Of a DNA stretch of 64,000 bases, positions 31,974 through 43,764 are shown piece after piece. Both the position numbers and the translations under genes were made by a program. Numbering within the stretch: the stretch's first letter is position 1; each line of letters opens with the position of its first letter. Below the pieces are notes generated by a model. That model was not told where the DNA came from. It saw nothing but the letters and a program-made list of their open reading frames with translations, and did not search any database. This stretch comes from the human T2T-CHM13v2.0 reference genome, Homo sapiens. The stretch is from the NCBI RefSeq assembly GCF_009914755.1, contig NC_060929.1; one strand, written 5' to 3'.

Positions 31974-32339
31974 AAATTTTGCTACTTACCTAGTATGAAC
32001 AAGCAAAAAGAGCAGAAAATAATGCCCTCCAAAAAAAAGTCACTTGTAATAGCAGTTATCAGAATTTTAAATGGAATCATCATTCTACATGATGGCAACA
32101 GCTCTTCTGTAGATGGGCACATTTCCAGAATCTTGACACTTGTTTTATATCCAGATTTCACAATTTTCTCCAGTTACAATAAAATGTGCAGGGAGCACTT
32201 ATGTTCCTGCTCATATATTATCTTAGATTTTAAAATCTTGGAGGCAATGATATATTCTATACTTATTTTTATATAACCTACTGCACTTTCTTTTAAATAA
32301 TAACTCATTGCCTTCGTAAAGCAGATTATATATTTCATT

Positions 32340-32500
32340 TGAGTACTTCCATTATATCATTTTATTTGACTCTCATTATCCTGTGAGGGAAAGCAGGATG
32401 GCATTATTTCTATTTTACAGATAAAGCCTTAAAAGAAGGTAGTTTCCCAGGAACACACAGCTATTCAACAAGAGGGTTGAGGCAAGATCCTGAATCTTCT
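32340..32500 (-). mobile_element. MIR fragment
   Basis: attatttctattttacagataaag...ttcccaggaacacacagcta. Confidence 0.6.
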
Positions 32501-32819
32501 GATCTATGGATAAATGAACCCAATTTTTTGATTCATTTATTTTCAAAGAAGAATAAGGCTGTAGTGATTGTAATCCTCTTAAGTCTACTCAGCCTAAAGC
32601 ATGGATCAAATGCAGGGAACCCTTGGCAAAAATCTCTAGAATGCATGGTGTTTAGCCCAGCTGCTGCTTTCAAGGGCAATAGCAAATTAGCAGTCTGTGG
32701 AAATTGTGGGTTAGATAGTTCCTTTAAGGACAAAGTTCATTTTGTTTGGGTTTATATTATTTTTTAATGAATACAATGGTCTATCAAATGGCTTAAAAAT
32801 AAAATAAAGCAAAGGTCAT

Positions 32820-33179
32820 TGCTATGAACTGAATATTTGTTTCCCTTTAAATTCATGTGATGGTATTTGGAGAAGCAGTTTGTGGGAGGTAACCAAGATT
32901 AGGTTAGATCATAAGGGTTTGTCCCCATAATGAGATTAGTGTCCTTATTAAATAAAAATTTAAAAAGGAATAGACAGGGGATCTATTTCATGGTGTGTGG
33001 AAAGAAAGCTGGCGTGAAGACATAACCAGGAAGAGGACTTTCACCAAGAACGTGACCATGCTGGCTGACTCCTTGATCTCAGACTTACAACCTCAATAGG
33101 ACTGTGAGAAATAAACATCTGCCATTTAAGCTACCCAGTCTGTGGTATTGGTATTCTGTTCTAGTACACTAAGAAGACA
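32820..33179 (+). mobile_element. MaLR LTR (MLT1A-like)
   Basis: Starts tgctatgaactgaat; ccttgatctcagactt...ctgtgagaaataaa...ttaagctacccagtctgtggtat...gaca end. Confidence 0.8.
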
Positions 33180-33662
33180 GAGAGAGTCATATAAGTGGGC
33201 AAGTGTCATGAATGGTCATAAAATAAGCAGCTTAACACCAGTTCCTTACACCAGATGGCCTCTGTCGTTACCTGAAATTGTGAGCCTGAGCCCCAAATAA
33301 TAATTTGTTCTTACTGTCTTCTAAAAGGCAGTACACTAAAAATCCTGTTCCTTGTCAGTTATGGCTCCTAAAATGCTACCAATAAAAAAAGCTTTGCAAA
33401 ACAAAGTTAAAATATATATATATACTGAATTAATTAAAATTTCTGTAATACTGACTAATTAAGCCCTCTAGACAATTACTTCCATATGCAGTTCACTGTT
33501 CAATCAGATGTCACATATTATTATCCTAAATAAAAGTTTAAAACTTCCAAAAAGACCTTCTAGAGACACGTTTACAGAGCTATAATACCTAAATACACAG
33601 CACAATATACTTTTCATATATATTAACAGCATTAATACCATTCCAAGGAAAAGTATAAGAAG

Positions 33663-35093
33663 TATATTGGTCTTTTGTCAGATATATAGATTGTGAAGAT
33701 TTTCTCCCACTCTGTGGGTTGTCTTTTTACTCTGCTGACTGTTCCTTTTGTTGTGCAAAAACTCTTTAGCTTAATTAGGTCCCAGCTATTTATCTTTGTT
33801 TTCATTGCATTTGCTTTTGGGTTCTTGGTCATGAAATCCTTGCCTAAGCCAGTGTCTAGAAGGGTTTCTCCAACTTTATCTTCTGGAATTTTTATAGTTT
33901 CAGGTCTTAGGTTTAAGTCCTTAATACATCTTGAGTTGATTTTGTATAAGGTGAGAGATGAGAATCCAGTTTCATTCTCCCACATGTGGCTAGCCAATTA
34001 TCCCAACACCATTTGGTGAAAAGGGTGTCCTTTCCCCACTTTATGTTTTTGTTTGCTTTGTCGAAGATCAATTGGCTGTAAGTATTTGGGTTTATTTCTG
34101 GGTTTGCGATTCTGTTCCATTGGTCTATGTGCCTACTTTTATACTAGTACCAAGCTGTTTTGTGACTGCAGCCTTATAGTATAGTTTGAAATCAGGTAGT
34201 GGGATGACTCCAGATTTGTTCTTTTTGCTTACTCTTGCTTTGGCTATGTGGGCTTCTTTTGGTTCCACATGAATTTTAGAATTGTTTTTTCTAATTCTGT
34301 GAAGAATGATGGTGGTACTTTGATGGGAATTGTGTTGAATTTGTGGATTGCTTTTGGCAGTATGGTCATTTCACAATATTAATTCTACCCATCCATGAGC
34401 ATGGGATGTGTTTCCATTTGTTTGTGTCATCTATGATTCCTTTCAGCAATGTTTTGTAGTTTTCCTTGTAGAGGTCTTTGACTCCTTAGATAATCCTAAG
34501 GGGTTTTTTTGTTTTTTTGTTTTTTGTTTTTGGGTTTTTTTGCAGCTATTGTAAAAGGGGTTGAGTTCTTGATTTGATTCTCTACTTGGTCGCTGTCGCT
34601 GTATAGAAGAGCTACTGATTTGTGTACATTAATCTTGTATCCAGAAATTTTGCTGAATTCTTTTATCAGTTCTAGGAGCTTTTTGGAGGAGTCCTTAGTG
34701 TTTTCAAGGTAAACAATCATATTGTCAGCAAACAGTGACAGTTTGATTTCCCCTTTACTTTAGTTCTTTCTCTTGCCTGACTGCTCTGTGAACTCAAAGA
34801 AATCAGTAAGAAAAAAATAAACAATCCCATCAAAAAGTGGGCTAAGGACATGAATAGACAATTCTCAAAAGAATATATACAAATGGCCAACACACATATG
34901 AAAAAATGCTGAACATCACTAATGATCAGGGAAATGCAAATCAAAACCACAATGTGATACCACCTTATTCCTCCAAGAATGGCCATAATCAAAAAATCAA
35001 AAAAACAGTAGATGTTGGCATGGATGTGGTGAACAGGGAACACTTCTACACTGCTGGTGAGAATGTAAACGAATACAGTCACTAAGGAAAACA
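33663..35093 (+). mobile_element. L1PB-like fragment with 5' inversion, 3' end missing
   Basis: Reverse ORF2 at ~33663-34788, then forward ORF2 at ~34789-35093 resuming ~13 nt past the inversion point. Confidence 0.88.
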
Positions 35094-35283
<190 letters not shown>

Positions 35284-35539
35284 AGGTAGAAGTGTCAGAA
35301 TACCTGATGTGTTTGAGCAGGCTGAAAGGAGATATAGAAAAATGTAAGAGAAGTGAGAAAAAAAAATATATATATATATACACACACACATATATGAAAA
35401 AAACATTACTATTAGCAATTAAGGAAAAATGGGAAGTTATGCAACAAATGAGTAGCGGTCAGAACATACTACTGTTGTGACTAGAATTTACAAGATCATA
35501 GTAAACATAAAGGCTGAAAATTGGTCTACTCAAAATAAT

Positions 35540-35860
35540 GGCATAAATATTTTGGCTGAATGAGAGGTTATGTTTTTATGCATGCCTGTGCAGGGAAAGG
35601 TGATGAAGAAGAGGTAAATTGTCCTCCTCCATGGTGAGAAGTTAGTAGATGTTGGTTAAAACAAAATGAATAGTGCCATAAGCTGTTGCTCAGAAATGTA
35701 CAGGTGCTTTCTACAAAATTCTGTTGAAAATGGTTGCTTCCGGAATGCAAGAAATGGGCAGGAGAGCCTGGGAATAGATATTCTTCCAATAGCTTTGTAG
35801 AACTTTATAAGTCTTTAAACTAGGTGCTGAAAAATAAAAAAAATAAAATTAATTTTAAAA
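35540..35860 (+). mobile_element. Old L1 (L1MC4/5-like) 3' end
   Basis: aatggttgcttccgg...ctttgtagaactttataagtctttaaactaggtgc followed by an A-rich tail. Confidence 0.5.
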
Positions 35861-35994
35861 AATTTAAACATTTAACTTGCTACCTTTTTCCACATTAAAT
35901 AAGCCAACTTTTAAGCATTCCTTCCATGGGCCAAAGCTTTTGCTACTTAACCATGAAATCATATATGTTTATTCTAGCAAACATTAGAGAATGC

Positions 35995-35996
<2 letters not shown>

Positions 35997-36038
<42 letters not shown>
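35997..36038. repeat. (TG)n microsatellite, ~21 units
   Basis: Direct reading. Confidence 0.95.
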
Positions 36039-36041
<3 letters not shown>

Positions 36042-36811
36042 ACCACTCTCATGAGAAAATTATTCTGCTGGATTTCTGCTAGCAAGAAAGATTGCCTGAA
36101 ATGGTTAGGAGAATCACTTTTAATAGCTTGGAAGAAAGGACAGTTTTCTAAGCAATTGTCCCCAAGTTCACCAGAGAATAATGAAGCTAATTTATAAAAA
36201 TCCCCAATGCAAACCTTTGTCCTACTTCTTGGGCCTCATCCATCTTCTCTGCATTGGCAGGCAAGAACAAATGTAGCAAAAACCCTTTCCTAACTTCACA
36301 GATACTGATAAATAAAATTAACTGATGAACGTAACCAGAACACCTAGGCAAACTGGATAACAATTTTACACTTAAACTTTCCTTATTAAAGAGAATATGC
36401 TGATCTAGCAGTACACCTCTAGATATAGGGGGCATGATAGCCCCCTTCACTAATGTGTCATTCAGAATCTTTCTGTCTTATTTAGTAATTTTTCATGCTT
36501 GTGGGGATCCAAGGTTTTCTTTTTTTTTTTTTTAGACTTTTTCATTGAGTAAGTTAAAATGGAGATATTTTACTATCATCTTCATGTTTAAAACTCTACT
36601 CCACTGCACGATGCCTTCCTGGAAATATTTAACTGGAACAAAAACACTCTAAGATGTGCATACAGGAGATGCACCCCACAGGCTCCTCAAACACACACAC
36701 TGGCATACAGCAATCTCTAATTGATCTGGAGGCCGTAGCCATATCAACAGATATTTTAGTTTATGCTGTATTGTTCCTCCACTACTTAGAATAGTTTTCT
36801 ATTCTCCTTAG

Positions 36812-37350
36812 CAGCGACCCTCAATCTTTAGTTGGGTATATAAGCATTACACAAGGTGTATTTTAAATATGCAGGTTCTCTACTATGCAGCCATAAAAAA
36901 GAATGAGTTCATGCCCTTTGCAGGGACATGGATGAAGCTGGAAGCCATCATTCTCAGCAAACTAACACAGGAACAGAAAACCAAACACCGCATGTTCTCA
37001 CTCATAAGTGGGAGCTGAACAATGAGAACGCAGGGACACAGGGAGGGGAACATCACACACCAGGGCCTGTCAGGGGGTGGGGGGCAAGGGGAGGGAGAAT
37101 ATTAGGACAAATACTTAATGCATGTGGGGCTTAAAACCTAGATGATGGGTTGATAGGTGCAGCAAACCACCATGGCACATGTATACCTATGTAACAAACC
37201 TGCACGTTCTGCACATGTATCCCAGAACTTAAAGGAAAATTAAAACAAATAAATAAAATAAAAATAAAAATGCAGATTCTCAGGCGCCCCGTTATTTGGA
37301 TTCTTTGTGTTTAGTGTTGAGTTTGTGAATCTGCATTTTAACAAATCCCC
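36812..37350. mobile_element. MER5-like hAT MITE split by an L1
   Basis: aaaatgcagattctcagg...gaatctgcattttaacaaat motifs. Confidence 0.55.
36881..37265 (+). mobile_element. 5'-truncated L1 (L1PA8/10-like)
   Basis: 3'UTR with taatgcatgtggggcttaaaacctagatg; TSD aaa(t/a)atgcag(g/a)ttctc at 36865-36880 and 37266-37281. Confidence 0.9.
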
Positions 37351-38410
37351 CTCCACCCTATGAGTCTGCTGCCATATTTACAACATAGTGGCCTGCAGGA
37401 TACAACTTAAATCCTTTACCAGAATATACATAGTTCTCCCAACCTGGTCCTTGCCTATTTCTCTAACCTATGTTTCTTATATCCCAGAATGAACCTGTTG
37501 CTCAAACTGAACTATCACCTTTCCATGCTATTTCAAATATTTGTAGCATATTTCATTTTACTTCCTAGAACACACTTCTCCCGCCAGTATTTATTATCTT
37601 CCCACCATACCAAGTATCTCCTGTGAATAATGGACTTTTTGGGGAGGGGATGCTCTTTTATCTTCATTTCTCACTCAAAACATGTTCTAATTAGAGCTGC
37701 TAACTATAGTATCTACTCCCTTGGCCACAGGAAACCAGTGGAAGGCATGTGAGGCCAACCAAATACTTTCCCTGGGATTTTTTTTGAACTAGAAATTTTA
37801 TCTTTCTGTGCCTGGCTTATTTCAAAAAGAAATAGAACTTTAATAGTGTAAAAGCTGAGAGATGTGTGGGTCAAGAGCTATATGAAATCTTGTTCCTGAA
37901 AAATGGAGGAAAACAGCCAAGAAGAATAAAGCTAACATCCACAAAGGAGCAGGAATAGTTAATAAATGTACATTGATCAAACATAATTTTGCTACTGGTA
38001 ATACTGTTATACATTATTAAGCTAAACATATGGAAACAAATATTACTTGACTGAACCTGAATGAATACAGGCTGAGGTCTGCATGGGTATGTTTTACATG
38101 GGAAAAATGTATTAAATTCTAAGATTTATTTAGGATATTAGGACTGTTCATAGTTTAAACAGGCCAATAATTTAATATAATATCATACATTAATATGTAA
38201 CTAAGAGAAATAATTTCTTATAGATAACTCTAAATTGGAAGGAAATTATAACATTTTCTGGGTCATAGATTCCTTTGAGAGACTGATAAAAGTTTGAATT
38301 CTTTTAGGGGAAAAAAATGCATATTTACCCCAAATTCAACAAACAGTATCTGGAGAATCACAGATGACCAAAAACCTATTCATGGAGTTCTTTTAAAACT
38401 TCCAGGGCTC

Positions 38411-39403
38411 CTGTTGTTTCCTGACTTTTTAATGATTGCCATTCTAACTAGTGTGAGATGATATCTCATTGTGGTTTTGATTTGCATTTCTCTGATGGCC
38501 AGTGATGGTGAGCATTTTCTCATGTGTTTTTTTGGCTGCATAAATGTCTTCTTTTGAGAAGTGTCTGTTCATGTTCTTTGCCCAATTTTTGATGGGGTTG
38601 TTTGTTTTTTTCTTGTAAATTTGTTTGAGTTCATTGTAGATTCTGGATATTAGCCCTTTGTCAGATGAGTAGGTTGTGAAAATTTTCTCCCATTTTGTGG
38701 GTTGCCTGTTCACTCTGATGGTAGTTTCTGGAGAGGATGTGGAGAAATAGGAACACTTTTACACTGTTGGTGGGACTGTAAACTAGTTCAACCATTGTGG
38801 AAGTCAGTGTGGCGATTCCTCAGGGATCTAGAACTAGAAATACCATTTGACCCAGCAATCCCATTACTGGGTATATACCCAAAGGATTATAAATCATGCT
38901 GCTATAAAGACACATGCACACATATGTTTATTGCGGCACTATTCACAATAGCAAAGACTTGGAACTAACCCAAATGTCCAACAATGATAGACTGGATTAA
39001 GAAAATGTGGCACATATACACCATGGAATACTATGCAGCCATAAAAAATGATGAGTTCATGTCCTTTGTAGGGACATGGATGAAATTGGAAATCATCATT
39101 CTCAGTAAACTATCCCAAGAACAAAAAACCAAACACCACATATTCTCACTCATAGGTGGGAACTGAACAATGAGAACACATGGACACAGGAAGGGGAACA
39201 TCACACTCTGGGGACTGTTGTGGGGTGGGGGTAGCGGGGAGGGATAGCATTGGGAGATATACCTAATGCTAGATGACGAGTTAGTGGGTGCAGTGCACCA
39301 GCATGTCACATGTATACATATGTAACTAACCTGCACATTGTGCACATGTACCCTAAAACTTAAAGTATAATAATTTAAAAAAAAAATTAGAAACACCAAA
39401 AAA
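38411..39403 (+). mobile_element. Young 5'-inverted L1 (L1PA3-like)
   Basis: Inverted part 38411-38729, forward part 38728-39370; gctagatgacGAGttagtggg and cacattgtgcac diagnostics; perfect 16-bp TSD aaaacttccagggctc at 38395-38410 and 39404-39419. Confidence 0.95.
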
Positions 39404-39585
39404 AAAACTTCCAGGGCTCAACCAGACTTGTTTCTGTTCTGCTCTACATGACTGCCACACAAGCCTACCTGTATATGTAAGAATGAATAAAGTAAATTGG
39501 AATCAGGGAGGTTTGAAATGGATTTACTTTCTAGGTTAGATGTGGTAGACAGTAACATAGACAAGAGAATTCCAAGTGGCAATTA

Positions 39586-39949
<364 letters not shown>

Positions 39950-40449
39950 CTACTTTTCATTTTAATTTTTTTATTTGTGTTACTGTTTTTGCTATTTGTG
40001 GAAGTATCAGTTTGTTTAATTTTCTTACAATTTCTTATTATATTTATTTTATCTAATTCAAAATGCAAGCAATTTTATTATTTTTCTTTATATTTCCTTA
40101 TGATATTTACCTGATGCAAAATACATGTGCTTTTGTGCCACATTCCAGGTACTTTGTCTTCATATCTATTGACTCTGAAGCTGGGGCAGCAATTTCAAAT
40201 GTCAAATAAGTAACTTAAGGTTGAATAGAGGTTCTACATATTAAGTAGAAATTTCATATTGTCTACCGCAAGTATGTCATGAGATAATGTTTAGACTATT
40301 TCACAGTCTGACATCTAATAATGTGTTTTATACTGTTTTTTAGTTATTGCATGCCTATCTATCTTCTTTATCCTACTACATGGTAAATTACTTTGGAGAA
40401 GACTCCAGGTCAGGTTTTCTGTTTCCCATGTTATTTCCACGTGGTCTTT

Positions 40450-40962
40450 TGGTCAACATTATGAGTTGCATGTGACAGAAACAACTCAAACTGTGTTAGC
40501 GGGTCAGGAGGAAGGAAGGGTTATTGGCTTCAAAAACTGAAGAATTCAATGAATCATTCTTCCTTGGGCACAGCTGGATCCAAGCGCTTCAACAATGTTG
40601 TCAGAGATCAACCCTTCTACAGCTTGCACAGTTTCTCTCTGTGTTGGCATCATCATTTGATGAGTTCTTCCCAATTGAAAGCTCTCAGCACCTCCAAGCT
40701 TACATTCCCCTTGGCTTCTCTCTCTCAACTGTACATTCTTCATTCTTACATACTCCTGGAATTGAGTGCCATGTACCTACCCAATAGTATACCCAATTCT
40801 GAAAAGTCTGGAGATAGGAGTCAACTTTATCCAAATTATGTGGGTTAAAAAGTGAGAAGAGATACTTGCCAAAAGGAAAATAAAAGTACAGTTATCAAAA
40901 TAATGGCAATTATGAGATGGAAATTAGGTTCTGGACAGGCGAAAACAACATATATTCACTAC
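40450..40962 (-). mobile_element. MaLR LTR (MLT1J/K-like)
   Basis: gttgcatgtgacagaaacaactcaaact...gggcacagctggatccaag...aaaacaacatatattcactaca. Confidence 0.65.
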
Positions 40963-40985
40963 ACAGAATTTACTAGCTTTAAGCA

Positions 40986-41458
40986 TGAGGTAAGAAGCAG
41001 GACTTAACTCAAAGGTGGGGCCAGAACTGCAGACCAGATTGAAGACTAGCTAAAACAGGGAAGTGATGAAAGCACCTCTCTATAAGACATGTCAACCAGT
41101 GCCATGTCAGTTTACTATTGCCATGGCAATACCTGGAAGTTACCACCCCTTTCCAAGGCAACAACCTGAAAATTACCACACTTATTTTAGAAATTTCTGC
41201 ATAGTCTGTTTCTTAATTTGCATGTAATTGAAAGTGGGTGTAAGTATGGCTGCAGAACTGCTTCTGGGCTGCTACTCTGGGCATACTGCCTATGGGGTAG
41301 CCCTACTGCACAAGCAACAGTACCTCTGCTACTGCTGTACACTGCTGCTTCAATAAAAGTTGCTGTCTAACACCACTGGCTCACCCTTGCTTTCCTGGGT
41401 GAAGCCAAGAACCCTCCCAGGCTAAGCCCCAATTTTGAGGTACACTTGTCCTACATCA
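40986..41458 (+). mobile_element. ERV1 solo LTR (MER66-like)
   Basis: TG...CA termini; 4-bp TSD agca/agta; AATAAA at 41352; MER4-group motifs (cagtttactattgccatggcaa..ggaagttacc; gaagccaagaaccctccc). Confidence 0.8.
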
Positions 41459-41544
41459 AGTACATATCAAACAGTCCTTGGTTGATAGAGCATTCACTCT
41501 TACTAAGGACTGAAAATAAATAATCATTTTTTTGTCCATCTTAT

Positions 41545-42130
41545 ACAGGACCCATTTGATTGCAAGGCATAGAAACCACTCGATATACTTCAAGTAAAAA
41601 TTGGTTTTATTTTATTCTCAACCAGTCTCACTGTAAGAATTACAGCAGGGCCTCCAGAAAACCAAAAAAAAAAAAAAAAAAAAGCAAAAACAAACAGCTG
41701 CTAGTTACGTGAGGGTGTTGGGGTGGGGACTACAGAGTAATGAGGAGGATATGTCTGATGAATTCTACTTGTCTTTGTGCATCGGTGTGCCTCTTTCATT
41801 CTTTAAACCAGCTTCCCGTAAGTTTGGTCCACAGTACAATATTTTCTTACCTAGGACATCTTGAAATAAGAACTCAACACCAGAATGCATTGGGGCGTTT
41901 AGCTTAGCTGCCCACAAAAACCTCAGTTCTCTGGTCCAGATCGGATTGGCCCAACTGAGGTCAGGAATCCACTCCTGGTTCCCTAGAGGAGCTGTCTGAA
42001 GTAGAAATTAGAGCAGAGGGGCTGGAGGTGAAGGTATTAGAGCTCAAAGAGCTTCTTTTTGTGGCTCCAGTGGCAGGACAGGTCCCCTGAAGGTGGTTGT
42101 GGAGGCAAAGAGGAAGTTATTAACATCTTT
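41545..42130 (-). mobile_element. Old MaLR LTR (MLT1-like), degraded
   Basis: ttgattgcaaggcatagaaaccactc start and gattggcccaactgaggtcagg motif. Confidence 0.45.
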
Positions 42131-43204
42131 AATCCAATTTGATACAAAATTTAATTCTGCATTTTATCTCAACTACAAGAGAGTAGCACAAATAGAATTT
42201 TAAAAGACAGTAAGACTCTAATAATGAGAATTCCGTTCTATTTGTAGGCCAAAACCAAATTATTATTTAAGGAAAATGGTGAATAATGAGATGATCTGTG
42301 TAGCAAAATAAGAATTTCATTCATTTTCAAGCAAGGTTACTAAAAGTGCTTTATCTTATAAGTTAGGTAAGTAATGGTTATAATCAGTAGAATTTGAAGT
42401 TTTAAGAGATAATAAAGGTAACCAACTTTTGCTTCCCACTAAATGTAAGAATGTCTGATATCCATATGTATATATCTTTAAAATTCACATTGGAGTGAAT
42501 AACAAACTTGTAGAGAATATTTGAATAGATAAGTTATTTTTAAAATAGTAAGACAGCATACATATTGCAGTTTCAGCTTCTAAAGACCCACTAAAGGAGT
42601 TTTTAAATTGTTTTAGCTATATTTACCATTTACTTTATATCTGTTGATATTAAAGAAATGGAAATGCACATATCTTTTCATTAGATTTGAGTAAATTGAA
42701 TCAACCACACATAAATGTGTTCCTTTTCAGTGTTCTACTTAAAATTAACCACCTATCAAGAAAAGCCAAATGCTATTTATGATAGCACCTTCCAATAGAG
42801 GGAAAAACAAAACTGATTTGATTCATGTATATGCCAACATTTAAACCATCTTGCAGTTCAAAATCTGCAGAATGTTTTCTATTTGTTTTTACATATATAT
42901 GTTCATACTTCTACATGAGGTGAGTAGCTATCAATAGGTTGCAATGAACTAGTAACTTGTTTATATTCTGAATGTTTTCTTAACCCTGTCTGTGTTCATT
43001 AGTTATGGTCATAATAAGCTTGTTGCTGTGAAATCTCTAGTACACAAAGAAAAGAAAATATATATATATATTTTTTGATATACATATATATATATAAAAG
43101 AATGTCTCTGAAAATTTGTCATCTCTAGTTCCTTGAGATTGCTGAAATTGTCTTTCTGGAATTTTCATCTCCCAGATCCCACATCAGCATTTACCTTTCC
43201 AGGG

Positions 43205-43440
43205 AAGCAATTATACAAAGTAGTTAAGGCAAAGGGCTTAAAGTCAGATGGAATAGAAGTTAAACTCCTCCTTCTTCACTTACAAACTGTAGGATCTAGG
43301 ACAAGTCATTTAACTCCTCTCAGCCTGTTTCTTAACCTACATAGAATGTGTACCTACCTCACAAGTCATTGTGTGGATTAACTGATATAAAATACACAAA
43401 GCACTTAGGATAGTAACCAATACAAAATACTCACTTAATT
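43205..43440 (+). mobile_element. MIR
   Basis: gtagttaagg..gggcttaaagtcaga head; ggacaagtcatttaac core; tacctacctcaca..gtggattaa. Confidence 0.8.
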
Positions 43441-43470
43441 ATAGCCATCGTTGAGAAAAAATCATGATTA

Positions 43471-43764
43471 GGCCAGCCGCGGTGGCTCACGCCTGTAATC
43501 CCAGCACTTTGGGAGGCCGAGGTGGGCAGATTACCTGAGGTGAGGAATTCGAGACCAGCCTGGCCAACACGGTGAAACCCCGTCTCTACTAAAAATACAA
43601 AAATTAGCAGGGCATGGTGGCATACACCTGTAATCCCAGCTACTTGGGAGGCTGAGGCAGGAGAATTGCTTGAGCCCTGGGAGACAGAGGTTGCAGTGAG
43701 CCAAGATTGTGCCACTGCACTCCAGCCTAGCCAACAGAGTGAAGCTCTGTCTCAAAAAAAACAA
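43471..43764 (+). mobile_element. AluSx-like
   Basis: Full dimer; TSD gagaaa(a/t)aatcat(g/t)att. Confidence 0.95.

Noticed and set aside
41663-41692. Isolated poly(A) as a solo retro-tail insertion
   Set aside because: No flanking TSD; probably slippage within an old LTR.
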